This document shows, piece by piece, positions 33,550 to 42,667 of a DNA stretch of 64,000 bases. The stretch's first letter is position 1; each line of letters opens with the position of its first letter. The translations under genes and the position numbers were made by a program. The notes under the pieces are model-generated. The model did not search any database and was not told the origin of the DNA. It worked only from the letters and a program-made list of their open reading frames with translations. The DNA lies in the NCBI GenBank assembly GCA_965215505.1, contig OZ244065.1, positions 4,736,001 to 4,800,000 of the forward strand, in the 5' to 3' direction. This DNA comes from Capsulimonadaceae bacterium (GTDB lineage Bacteria > Armatimonadota > Armatimonadia > Armatimonadales > Capsulimonadaceae).

Positions 33550-34595
33550 TCCCCCAGCGAGGCCATGTCAATGACGAATCGGTACTTGACGTCGTTCTTG
33601 AGCATCCGCTCATACGCCTCGTTTATCTTGCTGATGGGCGTCATCTCGATGTCGCTGACGATCCCGTGTTCGGCGCAGTAGTCCAGCATCTCCTGCGTCT
33701 CCTGGATGCCGCCGATGTTCGAGCCGGCCAGCGAGCGCCGCTTGCCCGCCAGCGGGAAGGCCGAAACCTGGGCCGGGTTCTCCGGCAGGCCCACCAGGAC
33801 CATGCTGCCGTCGCGCCGGAGCAGCGAAAGGTACATGTTCAGGTCGTGCGGGGCCGAAACCGTGTCCAGGATAAAGTGGAACGTGCCCGCCAGCGCCTTC
33901 AGCGCCTCCGGGTCCCGCGTCAGCACTACCTCGTCTGCCCCCAGCCGCCGCGCGTCTTCTTCCTTGCCCGGCGAGGTCGTGAACTGCGTGACCTGTGCGC
34001 CGAACGAGTGGGCGAACTTCAGGGCCATGTGCCCCAGCCCGCCCAGGCCGACGACGCCGACCTTCTGGCCCGGCTGGATGTTCCAATGCTTCATCGGGGA
34101 GTAGGTCGTGATCCCCGCGCACAGCAGCGGCGCGGTCGCGGCCAGGTCCAGCTTGGGCGAGATCTTCAGCGCAAAGGCTTCACTGACGACGATATTGTCC
34201 GAATAGCCTCCATACGTCGGCGTCCCGTCCGGGAAGCGGCTGTTATAGGTGAAAACGGTTTTGCTGCGGTCGCAGTACTGCTCCAGGCCGGCCTGACAGC
34301 TCTCGCACTCCCGGCAGCTATCCACCATGCACCCGACCCCGGCCAGGTCGCCGACCGCGAACTTCGTGACACCCGCACCCACCTGTGCGACCTGCCCGAC
34401 GATTTCGTGGCCCGGAACCATCGGGTAGATGGACCCGCCCCACTCGTCGCGCACCTGATGGATGTCCGAGTGGCAGACCCCGCAGAACAGGATCTCGATG
34501 CGGATGTCGTCCGCCCCCAGCTCGCGCCGCTCGAATTCGAACGGCCCCACTTGCCCCGTCGCGTTCTGCGCGGCGTAGCCCATTGTCTTGGTCAT
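33546..34595 (-). CDS. zinc-dependent NAD(P) alcohol dehydrogenase (cinnamyl-ADH/YahK-like)
   Basis: CGVCHSD, GHEIVG, four-Cys structural Zn site, LCAGITTY, GLGGLG. Confidence 0.95.
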   Translation of the reverse strand: MTKTMGYAAQNATGQVGPFEFERRELGADDIRIEILFCGVCHSDIHQVRDEWGGSIYPMVPGHEIVGQVAQVGAGVTKFAVGDLAGVGCMVDSCRECESCQAGLEQYCDRSKTVFTYNSRFPDGTPTYGGYSDNIVVSEAFALKISPKLDLAATAPLLCAGITTYSPMKHWNIQPGQKVGVVGLGGLGHMALKFAHSFGAQVTQFTTSPGKEEDARRLGADEVVLTRDPEALKALAGTFHFILDTVSAPHDLNMYLSLLRRDGSMVLVGLPENPAQVSAFPLAGKRRSLAGSNIGGIQETQEMLDYCAEHGIVSDIEMTPISKINEAYERMLKNDVKYRFVIDMASLGE

Positions 34596-34621
34596 AAAAC
34601 TTCCTTCTGTTCGCGTCTACG

Positions 34622-35932
34622 TCAGCCCGGAACCACGATCTCTTTCTCTTTCGGAATCGCCGCCAGTGTTTCGCGGCTCAGGTCCAGATGCTGCATCACC
34701 AGAGCGGGCGGCGTGTGCGACAGCCACTCCGAGAGCGCGATGTCCTGATAGCGGTCGCTCTTGAACATCTCCAAGTAGATCAGGTCCGTGTCGCCGGTGT
34801 TCTCGATATAATGGCCCATCGTCTTCGGCGCGTACCCGACATCCCCGGCATTGAAGTTCATCGTCCGCGCCTTCGCCCCCGTCATGAACAGCGTCATCCG
34901 GCCCTTGCCCTGAATGTAGTACTGCCACTCGTCGGCATTCGGGTGCCAGTGCAATTCGCGCAGCGCGCCCGGCTTGACGACGACATGGGCGGCGGCGATA
35001 GTCGTAGAAACGGGGAAGTTGCGCGAATCGATGATGCGGACCTCACCGCCCCCCGTCGTCTTGGTCGCCGCCATCGCGTGCATCGGGAAATCAAACGACG
35101 CCGGGGACGGCCCCCGCGACCCCGACACCGCCCGCCTGTCCTCGGCCAGCGGGCCGGGAAGCGCGGCAGGGAAGATGTACCGTTCCGCCTTCGGCATGTT
35201 CGCCAGGGCGCGCTCGGGGACGCCCCAGTTCTTCGCCAGCACCTCTTTGGGCGTGTGCGCCGCCCATTCCGAGAGCAGGGTCGTGTCGAACTCGGAGAAC
35301 TCGCCGTCGTCGAAGACCAGCAGGAACTCGCACCCGTCCGGCCCCAGGCCCTGAATCGAGTGCGGGATGCCCGCCGGGAAGTACCACAGGTCGTTCTTCA
35401 CCACGTCGTTGACATACGAGCGGCCGTCCGCGTCAACCGCCGTCAGCCGGGCGCTCCCCGACAACATGAGGGACCACTCCCCGGCCTGATGCCAGTGCAG
35501 CTCGCGCACCCCGCCCGCTATCAGACGCATGTTGACGCCCGCGATGTCTTTAGAGATCGGCAGGTCCTTGACGTTCACCTGCCGCGCCCACCCGCCCTCC
35601 TGGATGCGCCGGTGGGCCAGCGCGAACGAGTACCAGAAGGTCGGAACGTCCCCGTGGTCGGTGGGGGGAGGCATGACGGAAGAAGGGTTCTGCGCGGCCA
35701 CCGGCGCGTTCTCCGGCCCGGCGTCGCTCGCGCTCCGGTCCCGCTCGGCCTGCGAAACCTCGGCGGCGGAGGGCGTCTGCGCCCCGACCCGCCCCCCCGC
35801 CAGGGCCGCCGCCGCAAGCGCCGCCGACCCCGCCCCCAGGAACCCGCGCCGCGAGATCATCGCGGACGGTCCTTGCCGTTCCTCCCCCGCCGGAGCATCC
35901 CGCTCCGGCATCCCTTCCGTCGTCTCAGGCAT
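34622..35932 (-). CDS. oxdC: oxalate decarboxylase family bicupin with Tat signal
   Basis: SRRGFL; GGWARQV, RELHWH (twice), PHSIQGL, GHYIENTG. Confidence 0.9.
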   Translation of the reverse strand: MPETTEGMPERDAPAGEERQGPSAMISRRGFLGAGSAALAAAALAGGRVGAQTPSAAEVSQAERDRSASDAGPENAPVAAQNPSSVMPPPTDHGDVPTFWYSFALAHRRIQEGGWARQVNVKDLPISKDIAGVNMRLIAGGVRELHWHQAGEWSLMLSGSARLTAVDADGRSYVNDVVKNDLWYFPAGIPHSIQGLGPDGCEFLLVFDDGEFSEFDTTLLSEWAAHTPKEVLAKNWGVPERALANMPKAERYIFPAALPGPLAEDRRAVSGSRGPSPASFDFPMHAMAATKTTGGGEVRIIDSRNFPVSTTIAAAHVVVKPGALRELHWHPNADEWQYYIQGKGRMTLFMTGAKARTMNFNAGDVGYAPKTMGHYIENTGDTDLIYLEMFKSDRYQDIALSEWLSHTPPALVMQHLDLSRETLAAIPKEKEIVVPG

Positions 35933-36039
35933 CGCAGACTTTCTATTCTTTGGGATTTCCCCCCATGTCTTACCCGGCGGTTCGGGGGCGGAAACATTGG
36001 GTAGAAAATACCAGAGACAGACAGGAACGAGGCTAATCC

Positions 36040-37122
36040 ATGGACACGACACGACGAGACTTGTTGAAGACCGGGGCCGCAATCGCCGGCACGGCGGCGG
36101 GCCTTGCCCTCGCCGGCGGCGCGCTCGCCCAGGGCGCACAGACGGACGTTGCGCCCGAAACCGCCGCCCCCGCCATGCCGCCGACTCCCCCCAGCACCCG
36201 CAAGGGCGACATGCCCTACCGCACCCTGGGGCGCACCGGCGCGGAGGTCTCCATCGTCGGCATGGGCGGCTTCCACATCGGCAAGCCGGACATGGACGCC
36301 GAGGGCATCAAGCTGATCCACTCCGGCATCGACCGGGGCATCAACTTCATGGACAACTCCTGGGACTACAACAACGGCAACAGCGAGGTCCGCATGGGCA
36401 AGGCGCTGGCCCAAGGGGGCTACCGCCAAAAAGTGTTCCTAATGACCAAGATAGACGGCCGCACGGCGGCCTCGTTCAACAGCCAGTTAGAGCAGTCTTT
36501 GACCCGCCTCCAGACCGACCATGTGGACCTGGTCCAGTTCCACGAGGTCATCCGCATGGAGGACCCCGACCGCATCTTCGCCAAAGGCGGCGCGCTCGAA
36601 GCCGCCGTCGCCGCCCGTCAGGCCGGCAAGGTCCGCCACATCGGGTTCACCGGCCACAAGGACCCGCTCGTCCACCGACGCATGCTGGAAGTGGCCGACA
36701 AGCACGGCTTCCAGTTCGACACCGTCCAGATGCCCGTCAACGTCATGGACGCCCACTTCCGCTCGTTCACCCATCAGGTCCTGCCGCTGGCCGTCCAGAA
36801 GAACATCGCCGTCCTCGCCATGAAGACCTTCGGCGACCACTTCATCCTGGACCGCGTCCTTGCCGAGAAGATCGCCACCCCCACCGAGATGCTGCACTAT
36901 TCCATGACCATGCCCGTCGCCGTCGTCATCACCGGCATTGACCGCATGGAGATTCTGGACCAGGCATTGAACGCCGCCAAGACCTTCACCCCCATGAGCC
37001 AGGAGCGCATGGCCTCCCTCCTCGGCCACACCCAGGTCGCCGCCCTCGAAGGCACGACCGAACTGTTCAAGACCTCGCCCCACTTCGACAGCACCGCCCA
37101 GAACCCCGCCTGGCTGGGCTGA
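36040..37122 (+). CDS. aldo/keto reductase with Tat signal (third paralog)
   Basis: TRRDLL; YRTLGRTG, FMDNSWDY, LMTK, QFHE, GFTGHKDP. Confidence 0.9.
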   Translation: MDTTRRDLLKTGAAIAGTAAGLALAGGALAQGAQTDVAPETAAPAMPPTPPSTRKGDMPYRTLGRTGAEVSIVGMGGFHIGKPDMDAEGIKLIHSGIDRGINFMDNSWDYNNGNSEVRMGKALAQGGYRQKVFLMTKIDGRTAASFNSQLEQSLTRLQTDHVDLVQFHEVIRMEDPDRIFAKGGALEAAVAARQAGKVRHIGFTGHKDPLVHRRMLEVADKHGFQFDTVQMPVNVMDAHFRSFTHQVLPLAVQKNIAVLAMKTFGDHFILDRVLAEKIATPTEMLHYSMTMPVAVVITGIDRMEILDQALNAAKTFTPMSQERMASLLGHTQVAALEGTTELFKTSPHFDSTAQNPAWLG

Positions 37123-37129
37123 CAAACAC

Positions 37130-37159
37130 AGCGGCCCGGCCCCAAAAGGCCGGGCCGCT
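37130..37159. terminator. terminator-like hairpin
   Basis: 12-bp stem AGCGGCCCGGCC/GGCCGGGCCGCT. Confidence 0.55.
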
Positions 37160-37229
37160 CACCGCTCGCCCGTAGGGGCGCAATTCATCGCGCCCTCTTC
37201 TCCCGTCCGCGCCCTCCGCCCGGCAGGCT

Positions 37230-37859
37230 CTACGGCAGGCCCTCCCGCCGGACGTGTGCCTCGCGGTAGTCGTTCAAGCGCCCCACGAACTCATCCGACG
37301 TCACCGCCATCAGCCCGTCGTAGATGATCAGCCGCCCCCGCACCCACTCCAGGCGCAGGGCGGCGGCCTTCAGCCAGGGCAGGCGCGGCAGGAACCCCGT
37401 GACGTCCCGGAGCATGAGGAACACCGGGCGCGGCACCGCGCCGCACCGGATCAGGCCGGGCGTGTCCCACGGGTAGGCGCGGGCGAGGTCCGGCCAGGGG
37501 ATGAGGCCGACCTGGTAGAAGGAGGCGTTGTCCACGAGGCCGTCGCGCCGGAATACCACGGCGGGCAGGTCGTCCCGCAGGCAGCGGCCCAGCGACAGCG
37601 CCCACCGCACGATGCACAGGACGCACGGGCAGTAGAAGACCAGGACCACGGCGAGTATGCCCCGCACCACCAGCCCGGACTGACCGTGCAGCACCAGCCC
37701 CTTGTGCAGAGTGCCGGACAGGACGCCGTTGCCGAGGACGTCCAGGATTGCCAGCCCGCCCGCCGACAGGATGACCGCGTGGAGGAACATCAGTCGCAGG
37801 TTTCCCCGGTCAAAAGGGATCGCTACCTCGTCCCCGCTCCTCATGTCCTCGTTTGTCAC
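37230..37859 (-). CDS. hypothetical membrane protein (STM3941-like)
   Basis: AGGAGG RBS before GTG; two TM segments, then PAVVFRRDGLVDNAS...GLIPW. Confidence 0.6.
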   Translation of the reverse strand: MTNEDMRSGDEVAIPFDRGNLRLMFLHAVILSAGGLAILDVLGNGVLSGTLHKGLVLHGQSGLVVRGILAVVLVFYCPCVLCIVRWALSLGRCLRDDLPAVVFRRDGLVDNASFYQVGLIPWPDLARAYPWDTPGLIRCGAVPRPVFLMLRDVTGFLPRLPWLKAAALRLEWVRGRLIIYDGLMAVTSDEFVGRLNDYREAHVRREGLP

Positions 37860-37887
37860 CGTGAAGCCTCCTGGACTCAGAACATCA

Positions 37888-38100
37888 TCAGGGCGCGGCG
37901 GGGCGAGACATCTGCGACAATACCTCGTTGAGCATCGCACCGTAAATCCTGCCGCTTGGCTCGCCGGATGGCAGCGGCAGACTGTACCGCGTTGCCCGCG
38001 GCCCGACTCTGACGATCACGACCTCCTGCCACCCGGCAGGGCCGCCCCGGTCATCGCAGACTTCGACCAAAATATGGTCGCCGACTTCGTATGGATGCAT
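37888..38100 (-). CDS. small hypothetical protein
   Basis: GGAG upstream of ATG 38100; fills the gap between co-oriented genes. Confidence 0.35.
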   Translation of the reverse strand: MHPYEVGDHILVEVCDDRGGPAGWQEVVIVRVGPRATRYSLPLPSGEPSGRIYGAMLNEVLSQMSRPAAP

Positions 38101-38132
38101 CTCTTGCTCCGAGGACCACGCGCGGGGAGGGG

Positions 38133-38651
38133 TCAGGCCGGCTTCGCGCCAGGCTTGACGACGCGGGCCTTCCCGTCCGTCGTGATCGTCTGCGACAACT
38201 GCGTCTCCCGCCAAACAAGCCACGTCGGCCCGCTTTTCACCCAGACGCTCCGCCAAAGCCCGTCGAAAATCAGGGCGTGCGTCTTGTGGGTGCGGCGGCC
38301 GATGATATGTAAAACCGTATGCTCACGCGACAGAACGACCGCGCCCTTCGATGTGGCCTGGACCGTGAGGATCGTCGGCTCGCTTTCCATGGACTGGGAG
38401 TAGGAGAGCGACCTCCCGAGGTTTTGCTGTGCCTGCCGCTTGTCGTAGACGCCTCCCGAGATGTCGCGGCCCTGGAAGTCGTCCGCGTAGCCTGCCATGT
38501 ACCCCTTGACGTCCCTGTGGACCATCCTCTGCTCGCCCCGATGAACAGCGGCCTGGATCTGTTCTCTGACGCTGCCGACGCCGCCTGAAGCGGCGTGAGA
38601 CGATAACCCCCAAACGGTCAGCGCCACCATCGTCTTGACCACCTTGTGCAT
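38133..38651 (-). CDS. secreted NTF2-like (DUF4440) protein
   Basis: Signal peptide; DVKGYMAGYADDF, SVWVKSGPTW; GAGGGG RBS. Confidence 0.65.
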   Translation of the reverse strand: MHKVVKTMVALTVWGLSSHAASGGVGSVREQIQAAVHRGEQRMVHRDVKGYMAGYADDFQGRDISGGVYDKRQAQQNLGRSLSYSQSMESEPTILTVQATSKGAVVLSREHTVLHIIGRRTHKTHALIFDGLWRSVWVKSGPTWLVWRETQLSQTITTDGKARVVKPGAKPA

Positions 38652-38849
38652 CAATCCCCCTCACGATGACAGCCGCCCATCTTCACATTGCGCGCCCGCG
38701 TGAACCAAAGGAAGCGGTTTCCGTTCGCCTGCATGGGCCGGGGGCTTGCCCCGGCACGGAGCGATGAAGACGAGCCACCGGGTCCCCACTGGAAACTCGG
38801 AAGGCTTTAGAACGCCGGACTCCAGGCAAACCCGATGCCTCGCCCTGCG

Positions 38850-38946
38850 GCCTCACAGCGAACCACCCGGCAACACCGTCTGTACAGCCGCGCGGACCCG
38901 CAGGAACAACGGCAGCAGTGGCGTCCGGCGCAGCGCGATGTTAGGC
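38850..38946 (-). repeat. attC site A (degenerate, R' GTGAGGC)
   Basis: + strand GCCTCAC...GTGGCGTCCGGCGCAGCGCGATGTTAGGC. Confidence 0.7.
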
Positions 38947-38961
38947 CGACACCCGGAAGGC

Positions 38962-39195
38962 TTACTCCTCAACGCCCACGTCAAACGCCTGCGCCCGAAG
39001 CTCCTCCGAGAGTCGGTGGGCCGATGCAAGCGGGACACCCTCCCGGATCACCGTTCTGCCCGCATCCGTGCAGTCCGCCGCCATGTCCACGGCCTCCCGG
39101 ATTGAGCAGGAGAGGTGTTCCCGCAGGGCCTTGACGAGAAGGAGCAGGGGCCGTTCACTGCCGGGCATCCATCCCCGGAGTATGATCTTAGCCAT
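38962..39195 (-). CDS. cassette ORF resembling the ribosomal protein L7/L12 C-terminal domain
   Basis: LVKALREHLSCSIREAVDM...VIREGV...A.RL.EEL...VGVE. Confidence 0.6.
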   Translation of the reverse strand: MAKIILRGWMPGSERPLLLLVKALREHLSCSIREAVDMAADCTDAGRTVIREGVPLASAHRLSEELRAQAFDVGVEE

Positions 39196-39234
39196 CGTCA
39201 ACACTCCCGGAACACTCCCGGATCATGAGCAGCG

Positions 39235-39332
39235 GCCTGACGGCCGCGCCCTCCGGCGACACCGGCCCGCACAGCCAACCGATCCCACAGAGCAAAAGGA
39301 CAGGTGGCGTCCGGTGCAGCGCCGTGTTAGGC
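39235..39332 (-). repeat. attC site B (R' GTCAGGC)
   Basis: + strand GCCTGAC...CCGGCGACACC...GGTGGCGTCCGGTGCAGCGCCGTGTTAGGC. Confidence 0.8.
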
Positions 39333-39560
39333 TGCTGGCTTGTCAGGCTTACGCCGCTGAAGGATTTTTCGGAGTGCCGTATGATACCCGCAAAAAGTCA
39401 CGGCCCATAAACCGAAATCCAGCCCTAGCTCACCGACATTCAACGGGCCGGAAAGGATATTGTAATGAAAGCCCGCTAACCGTTCTAGTAGCCGTGTAGT
39501 CACATAGGTCGCTACCAAAACAGCCCAGAACTTGCCATCTTGCCAAAACTTGCCGTTCAT
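39327..39560 (-). CDS. cassette ORF: small membrane protein
   Basis: GGAG RBS; TAA stop inside the attC R'' (GCCTAAC). Confidence 0.7.
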   Translation of the reverse strand: MNGKFWQDGKFWAVLVATYVTTRLLERLAGFHYNILSGPLNVGELGLDFGLWAVTFCGYHTALRKILQRRKPDKPAA

Positions 39561-39600
39561 AGTGATTTGTCTCCGTGCAAGAATAGCCTTTCACCCAGCG

Positions 39601-39698
39601 GTCTAACGGCTGCGCTCACCGGCGACGCCTGATTGCACAGCCGCTCGACCCCGCAGAACACAAGGACAGGTGGCGTCCGGTGCAGCGCTGTGTTAGGC
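39601..39698 (-). repeat. attC site C
   Basis: + strand GTCTAAC...GCTCACC...GGTGCAGC...GTTAGGC. Confidence 0.9.
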
Positions 39699-39968
39699 CG
39701 CAGACTGGTCACCGTCATCGTGTATCACAGCCATTGGACAGGCAATCAGGGCTTCGTGACACTGACGCTCTTCCTCTTCTGTTTCTGGTTGCTTGTAAAT
39801 GAAATAGCTCCAGGAAACCCCGCCCTCTTCATTGTAACGAAACCCGCCCTCTTCATTGTAACGAAAGTTGTTTGGTGCAAGGTCGGCACAAATGCCATGG
39901 GCCAAGCAGCCTTCACAATCAATCCAATATTTGCCTGCTACGCTTTGCGGGTGCTTTTCGCCTTGCAT
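39693..39968 (-). CDS. cassette ORF: single-cluster ferredoxin (CxxHxxC...CP)
   Basis: GCLAHGICADLAPNNF...YKQPETEEE...ACPMAVIHDDG; stop inside R''. Confidence 0.85.
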   Translation of the reverse strand: MQGEKHPQSVAGKYWIDCEGCLAHGICADLAPNNFRYNEEGGFRYNEEGGVSWSYFIYKQPETEEEERQCHEALIACPMAVIHDDGDQSAA

Positions 39969-40003
39969 TCTGTTTTCGCCTCAAGAGAGCCGTTCGCTCT
40001 GCG

Positions 40004-40102
40004 GCCTAACGGGGGCGCTCACCGGCGACACCGCCGCACTCGATTTGCGATACTAGCCACGACACCGGCAGCGGTGGCGTCCGGTGCAGCGCAGTGTTAG
40101 GC
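40004..40102 (-). repeat. attC site D
   Basis: Minus strand GCCTAAC-5nt-GCTGCACC...GGTGAGC-6nt-GTTAGGC. Confidence 0.92.
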
Positions 40103-40124
40103 CGCTGGTTGTTTCGCTACCATG

Positions 40125-40532
40125 TCAAGAGCATTCCGAGATTGTGGACCCTACACGTCTGGAAGAATATTCGTGTCCCCAGTAGTCAGTGACATCATAC
40201 CAATTGGGATCAGATATATCTGTCTCTGCCTCCATCGGGAAATCCCAACTCGCTTTAAGTTGAAGATGTTGAATGTATGCTGGTGACCAAACTATCTCTC
40301 CTATCACATTCTTTTCGTCGAAGCATACCACCCCGGTTGCCTTCGCCAATACAAGTTGACAGGAAAAACCATCCAAGCTACCTTCCGCGATACAGCAACC
40401 ACACCAACCCGCCAATTGTTTGACCTCGGCAGCCGCCTCCAAAAATATCTGCCGCAAATTGGGATCGGCTATTTGCCCCTGGTTCTTTTCCAGTGATTGC
40501 CCATCTTTTGTTAAGTATGCTTCCCAGCCCAT
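40125..40532 (-). CDS. cassette ORF: hypothetical protein
   Basis: 135-aa AT-rich ORF filling the D-E interval. Confidence 0.7.
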   Translation of the reverse strand: MGWEAYLTKDGQSLEKNQGQIADPNLRQIFLEAAAEVKQLAGWCGCCIAEGSLDGFSCQLVLAKATGVVCFDEKNVIGEIVWSPAYIQHLQLKASWDFPMEAETDISDPNWYDVTDYWGHEYSSRRVGSTISECS

Positions 40533-40574
40533 ATTTATTCCTGTGACCGCCTCAAAAGAGCCTTCAGCCCAGCG

Positions 40575-40673
40575 GCCTAACGGGGGCGCTCACCGGCGAC
40601 ACCTGAATTGCACAGCCAACCGACCCCGCAGAGCCAAAGGACAGGTGGCGTCAGGTGCAGTGCAATGTTAGGC
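40575..40673 (-). repeat. attC site E
   Basis: + strand GCCTAAC...GCTCACC...GGTGCAGT...GTTAGGC. Confidence 0.9.
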
Positions 40674-40973
40674 CGATTGCCCTGTAGATTTAGGGGTCGG
40701 TTCGCCACTCGATCTTGGCGTGATCCCCTGTAAGACCTGAGCGACAATAAAAAAAGTTACTGCAATGCCAACACGCAAATAAAGAGGGAACGAGTGTGGC
40801 ATACAGTTCATAACGGCGAATATACCGGCGAAGCACGCACCGGCGAGAGACGACAGGATGACAGAGCGCTGGCTACCATCAATGCTGCCGAGCCGCCTTT
40901 GAATCCAGATGCGGAAGAGAAGCATTGGTATACAGACCGCAAGCCAAATCGCCAATTTTTGGGACCATTCCAT
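40668..40973 (-). CDS. cassette ORF: small three-TM membrane protein
   Basis: MEWSQKLAIW...; stop inside R''. Confidence 0.7.
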   Translation of the reverse strand: MEWSQKLAIWLAVCIPMLLFRIWIQRRLGSIDGSQRSVILSSLAGACFAGIFAVMNCMPHSFPLYLRVGIAVTFFIVAQVLQGITPRSSGEPTPKSTGQSA

Positions 40974-41049
40974 AATCAACCCCTGCTCAATCCATACTGC
41001 TGTTGATTTCGAGCGGTACGTGGACTTGCCTTTGCCATCGCCGCAAACG

Positions 41050-41149
41050 GCCCAACGGCTGCGCTCACCGGCGGCACCTGAACTGCACAGCCAACCGAAC
41101 TTGCAAAGCAATCCCGACAGGTGGCGTCCGGTGCAGCGCGGTGTTGGGC
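41050..41149 (-). repeat. attC site F
   Basis: + strand GCCCAAC...GCTCACC...GGTGCAGC...GTTGGGC. Confidence 0.92.
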
Positions 41150-41233
41150 CGTCTGGAAGCGCTACTCCCGATAACGGACCTTATGCAATCTTTAGAACCG
41201 ATGGCGATACGGCATCGGCTACAATGGACTGTG

Positions 41234-41587
41234 CTAGTGGTGATCCACGTCGGCAGCGGCATGATTTCGACCGATGCCCTGCATCGTCCTAGAAGGCTGA
41301 GTGAGAAGCATGCCGACGCCGACAGCCACGAGCATAGCTCCCAGAAGGAGACACCAAGCCCAGTAGGAGAAGGTTTGCCAACGCACCAGTTTCGGGCTGT
41401 CCACCAATGCCCCTTCCCCCGTCTTCTCCAAACCAAAGACCTTCATTTGCCACCGTAAGATCGCCTCTTGGAACCGGAGATTAAGCCGGACAATCACGGG
41501 AGTTAAAAGCAGCACGGCGATTCCTATAACTATTAAGGCAACGCACTCCCATGGAGGCGCAGAGGCTTCAGACACAGAATGAGACAT
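41234..41587 (-). CDS. cassette ORF: two-TM membrane protein
   Basis: MSHSVSE...; two hydrophobic helices. Confidence 0.6.
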   Translation of the reverse strand: MSHSVSEASAPPWECVALIVIGIAVLLLTPVIVRLNLRFQEAILRWQMKVFGLEKTGEGALVDSPKLVRWQTFSYWAWCLLLGAMLVAVGVGMLLTQPSRTMQGIGRNHAAADVDHH

Positions 41588-41706
41588 AATCACTTTTTCT
41601 AGCAATAAATCAGGCCACAGCCACCCGAAACGGAGAGGCAGGGTTCCCGCTTCCCATCTGTTTCCTATAAGTTGCGTTCTGCAACAGTGAAGCATCCCGC
41701 CCAGCG

Positions 41707-41804
41707 GCCCAACGGCCAAGCTCACCGGCGGCACCACCTGCATAGCCAACCGACCCAGAACGGGACAAGGCAGCGGTGGCGTCCGGTGCAGCGCCTTGTT
41801 AGGT
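41707..41804 (-). repeat. attC site G
   Basis: + strand GCCCAAC...GCTCACC...GGTGCAGC...GTTAGGT. Confidence 0.92.
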
Positions 41805-42383
41805 GGCAGGCTTAACTAGCCTTGCGCCACGGCGGCTTCGGTTCACACTCCATATGAGGAGAAGACAAATCAAGGCGCCCAAAGCTACAACATTAAGACC
41901 CGTAACTGCTACCGCTGGTAAGGCGACCACAACAGCTCCCGCATCTGAAACCAACGTCGAAGGCGTATTCCAAGACGCCCGTAACGAAGCCAACAAGCCC
42001 CAGCTGAAACCCAGATTGTTCCCATCTTCGCCAGTATAATAGCCCACCACCAACTTCGGCCCACAGACAAACGAGTAAATGACGCCCGCTGTACTGATCT
42101 GGAACAGTTGCAATGCTTGAACGATGAGCGAGAGAATGATGCCCGCGTTCTTATTCGCCACGAGCAGAACGCCAGCCACGAGCGCCAGCAGAAAGAGACT
42201 GAAAGCTGCGGCAGTGACGAGGAAACTCGATCCGCTGGCGTCGGTAACAGCAAAATAGATGCCTGCCGCACCTCCCATAACTTGAATGGAGGCAATCAGC
42301 ATTCGCCAGAACTTCAGCCAGAATAAGTAAACAGCGGGATTGTCTTGCTCGATAGTGTCTTGCTCTGGTGTTGCGAAAGCCAT
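41799..42383 (-). CDS. cassette ORF: multi-TM membrane protein
   Basis: MAFATPEQ...; several hydrophobic helices; stop inside R'' (ACCTAAC). Confidence 0.7.
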   Translation of the reverse strand: MAFATPEQDTIEQDNPAVYLFWLKFWRMLIASIQVMGGAAGIYFAVTDASGSSFLVTAAAFSLFLLALVAGVLLVANKNAGIILSLIVQALQLFQISTAGVIYSFVCGPKLVVGYYTGEDGNNLGFSWGLLASLRASWNTPSTLVSDAGAVVVALPAVAVTGLNVVALGALICLLLIWSVNRSRRGARLVKPAT

Positions 42384-42423
42384 TTCTTCTTGCCTTATGT
42401 CCCAGGAGACGCCTGCTCCTGCC

Positions 42424-42520
42424 ACCTAACGGCTAAGCTCAGCCGCGACACCGCAAGCAGAGCCGAACGAACTTGCACAGCATACGGCAGCGGTGGCGTC
42501 GGCTGCAGCGGGTGTTAGGC
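42424..42520 (-). repeat. attC site H
   Basis: + strand ACCTAAC...GCTCAGC...GCTGCAGC...GTTAGGC (L-box changes are compensatory). Confidence 0.9.
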
Positions 42521-42534
42521 CGCTGTTAGTAACG

Positions 42535-42657
42535 TGTCCGTGACGGGGGTTGAACCCGCGACCTCCGGGCCGCCGCTGACGGAGCCACCGCCAGCGACTC
42601 CGCGCCGTGGCGAGCGACGCTTATCCGGCGCTCTCAACCGGTCTGAGCTACACGGAC
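42535..42657 (-). ncRNA. tRNA-like RNA with a 54-nt structured insert replacing the anticodon loop, carried in an ORF-less cassette
   Basis: Acceptor GTCCGTG/CACGGAC; TA; D arm GCTC-AGACCGGTTGA-GAGC; stem CCGG/CCGG; variable AGGTC; T arm GCGGG-TTCAACC-CCCGT; discriminator A; no encoded CCA. Confidence 0.75.
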
Positions 42658-42667
42658 ATGGAAGCCG

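Noticed and set aside
42535-42657. Canonical or intron-containing tRNA, tRNA-Sec, or tmRNA
   Set aside because: No U33/anticodon in register; the insert is far too short for a group I intron; the extra sequence is in the anticodon arm, not the variable arm; it has a D stem and is too short for tmRNA
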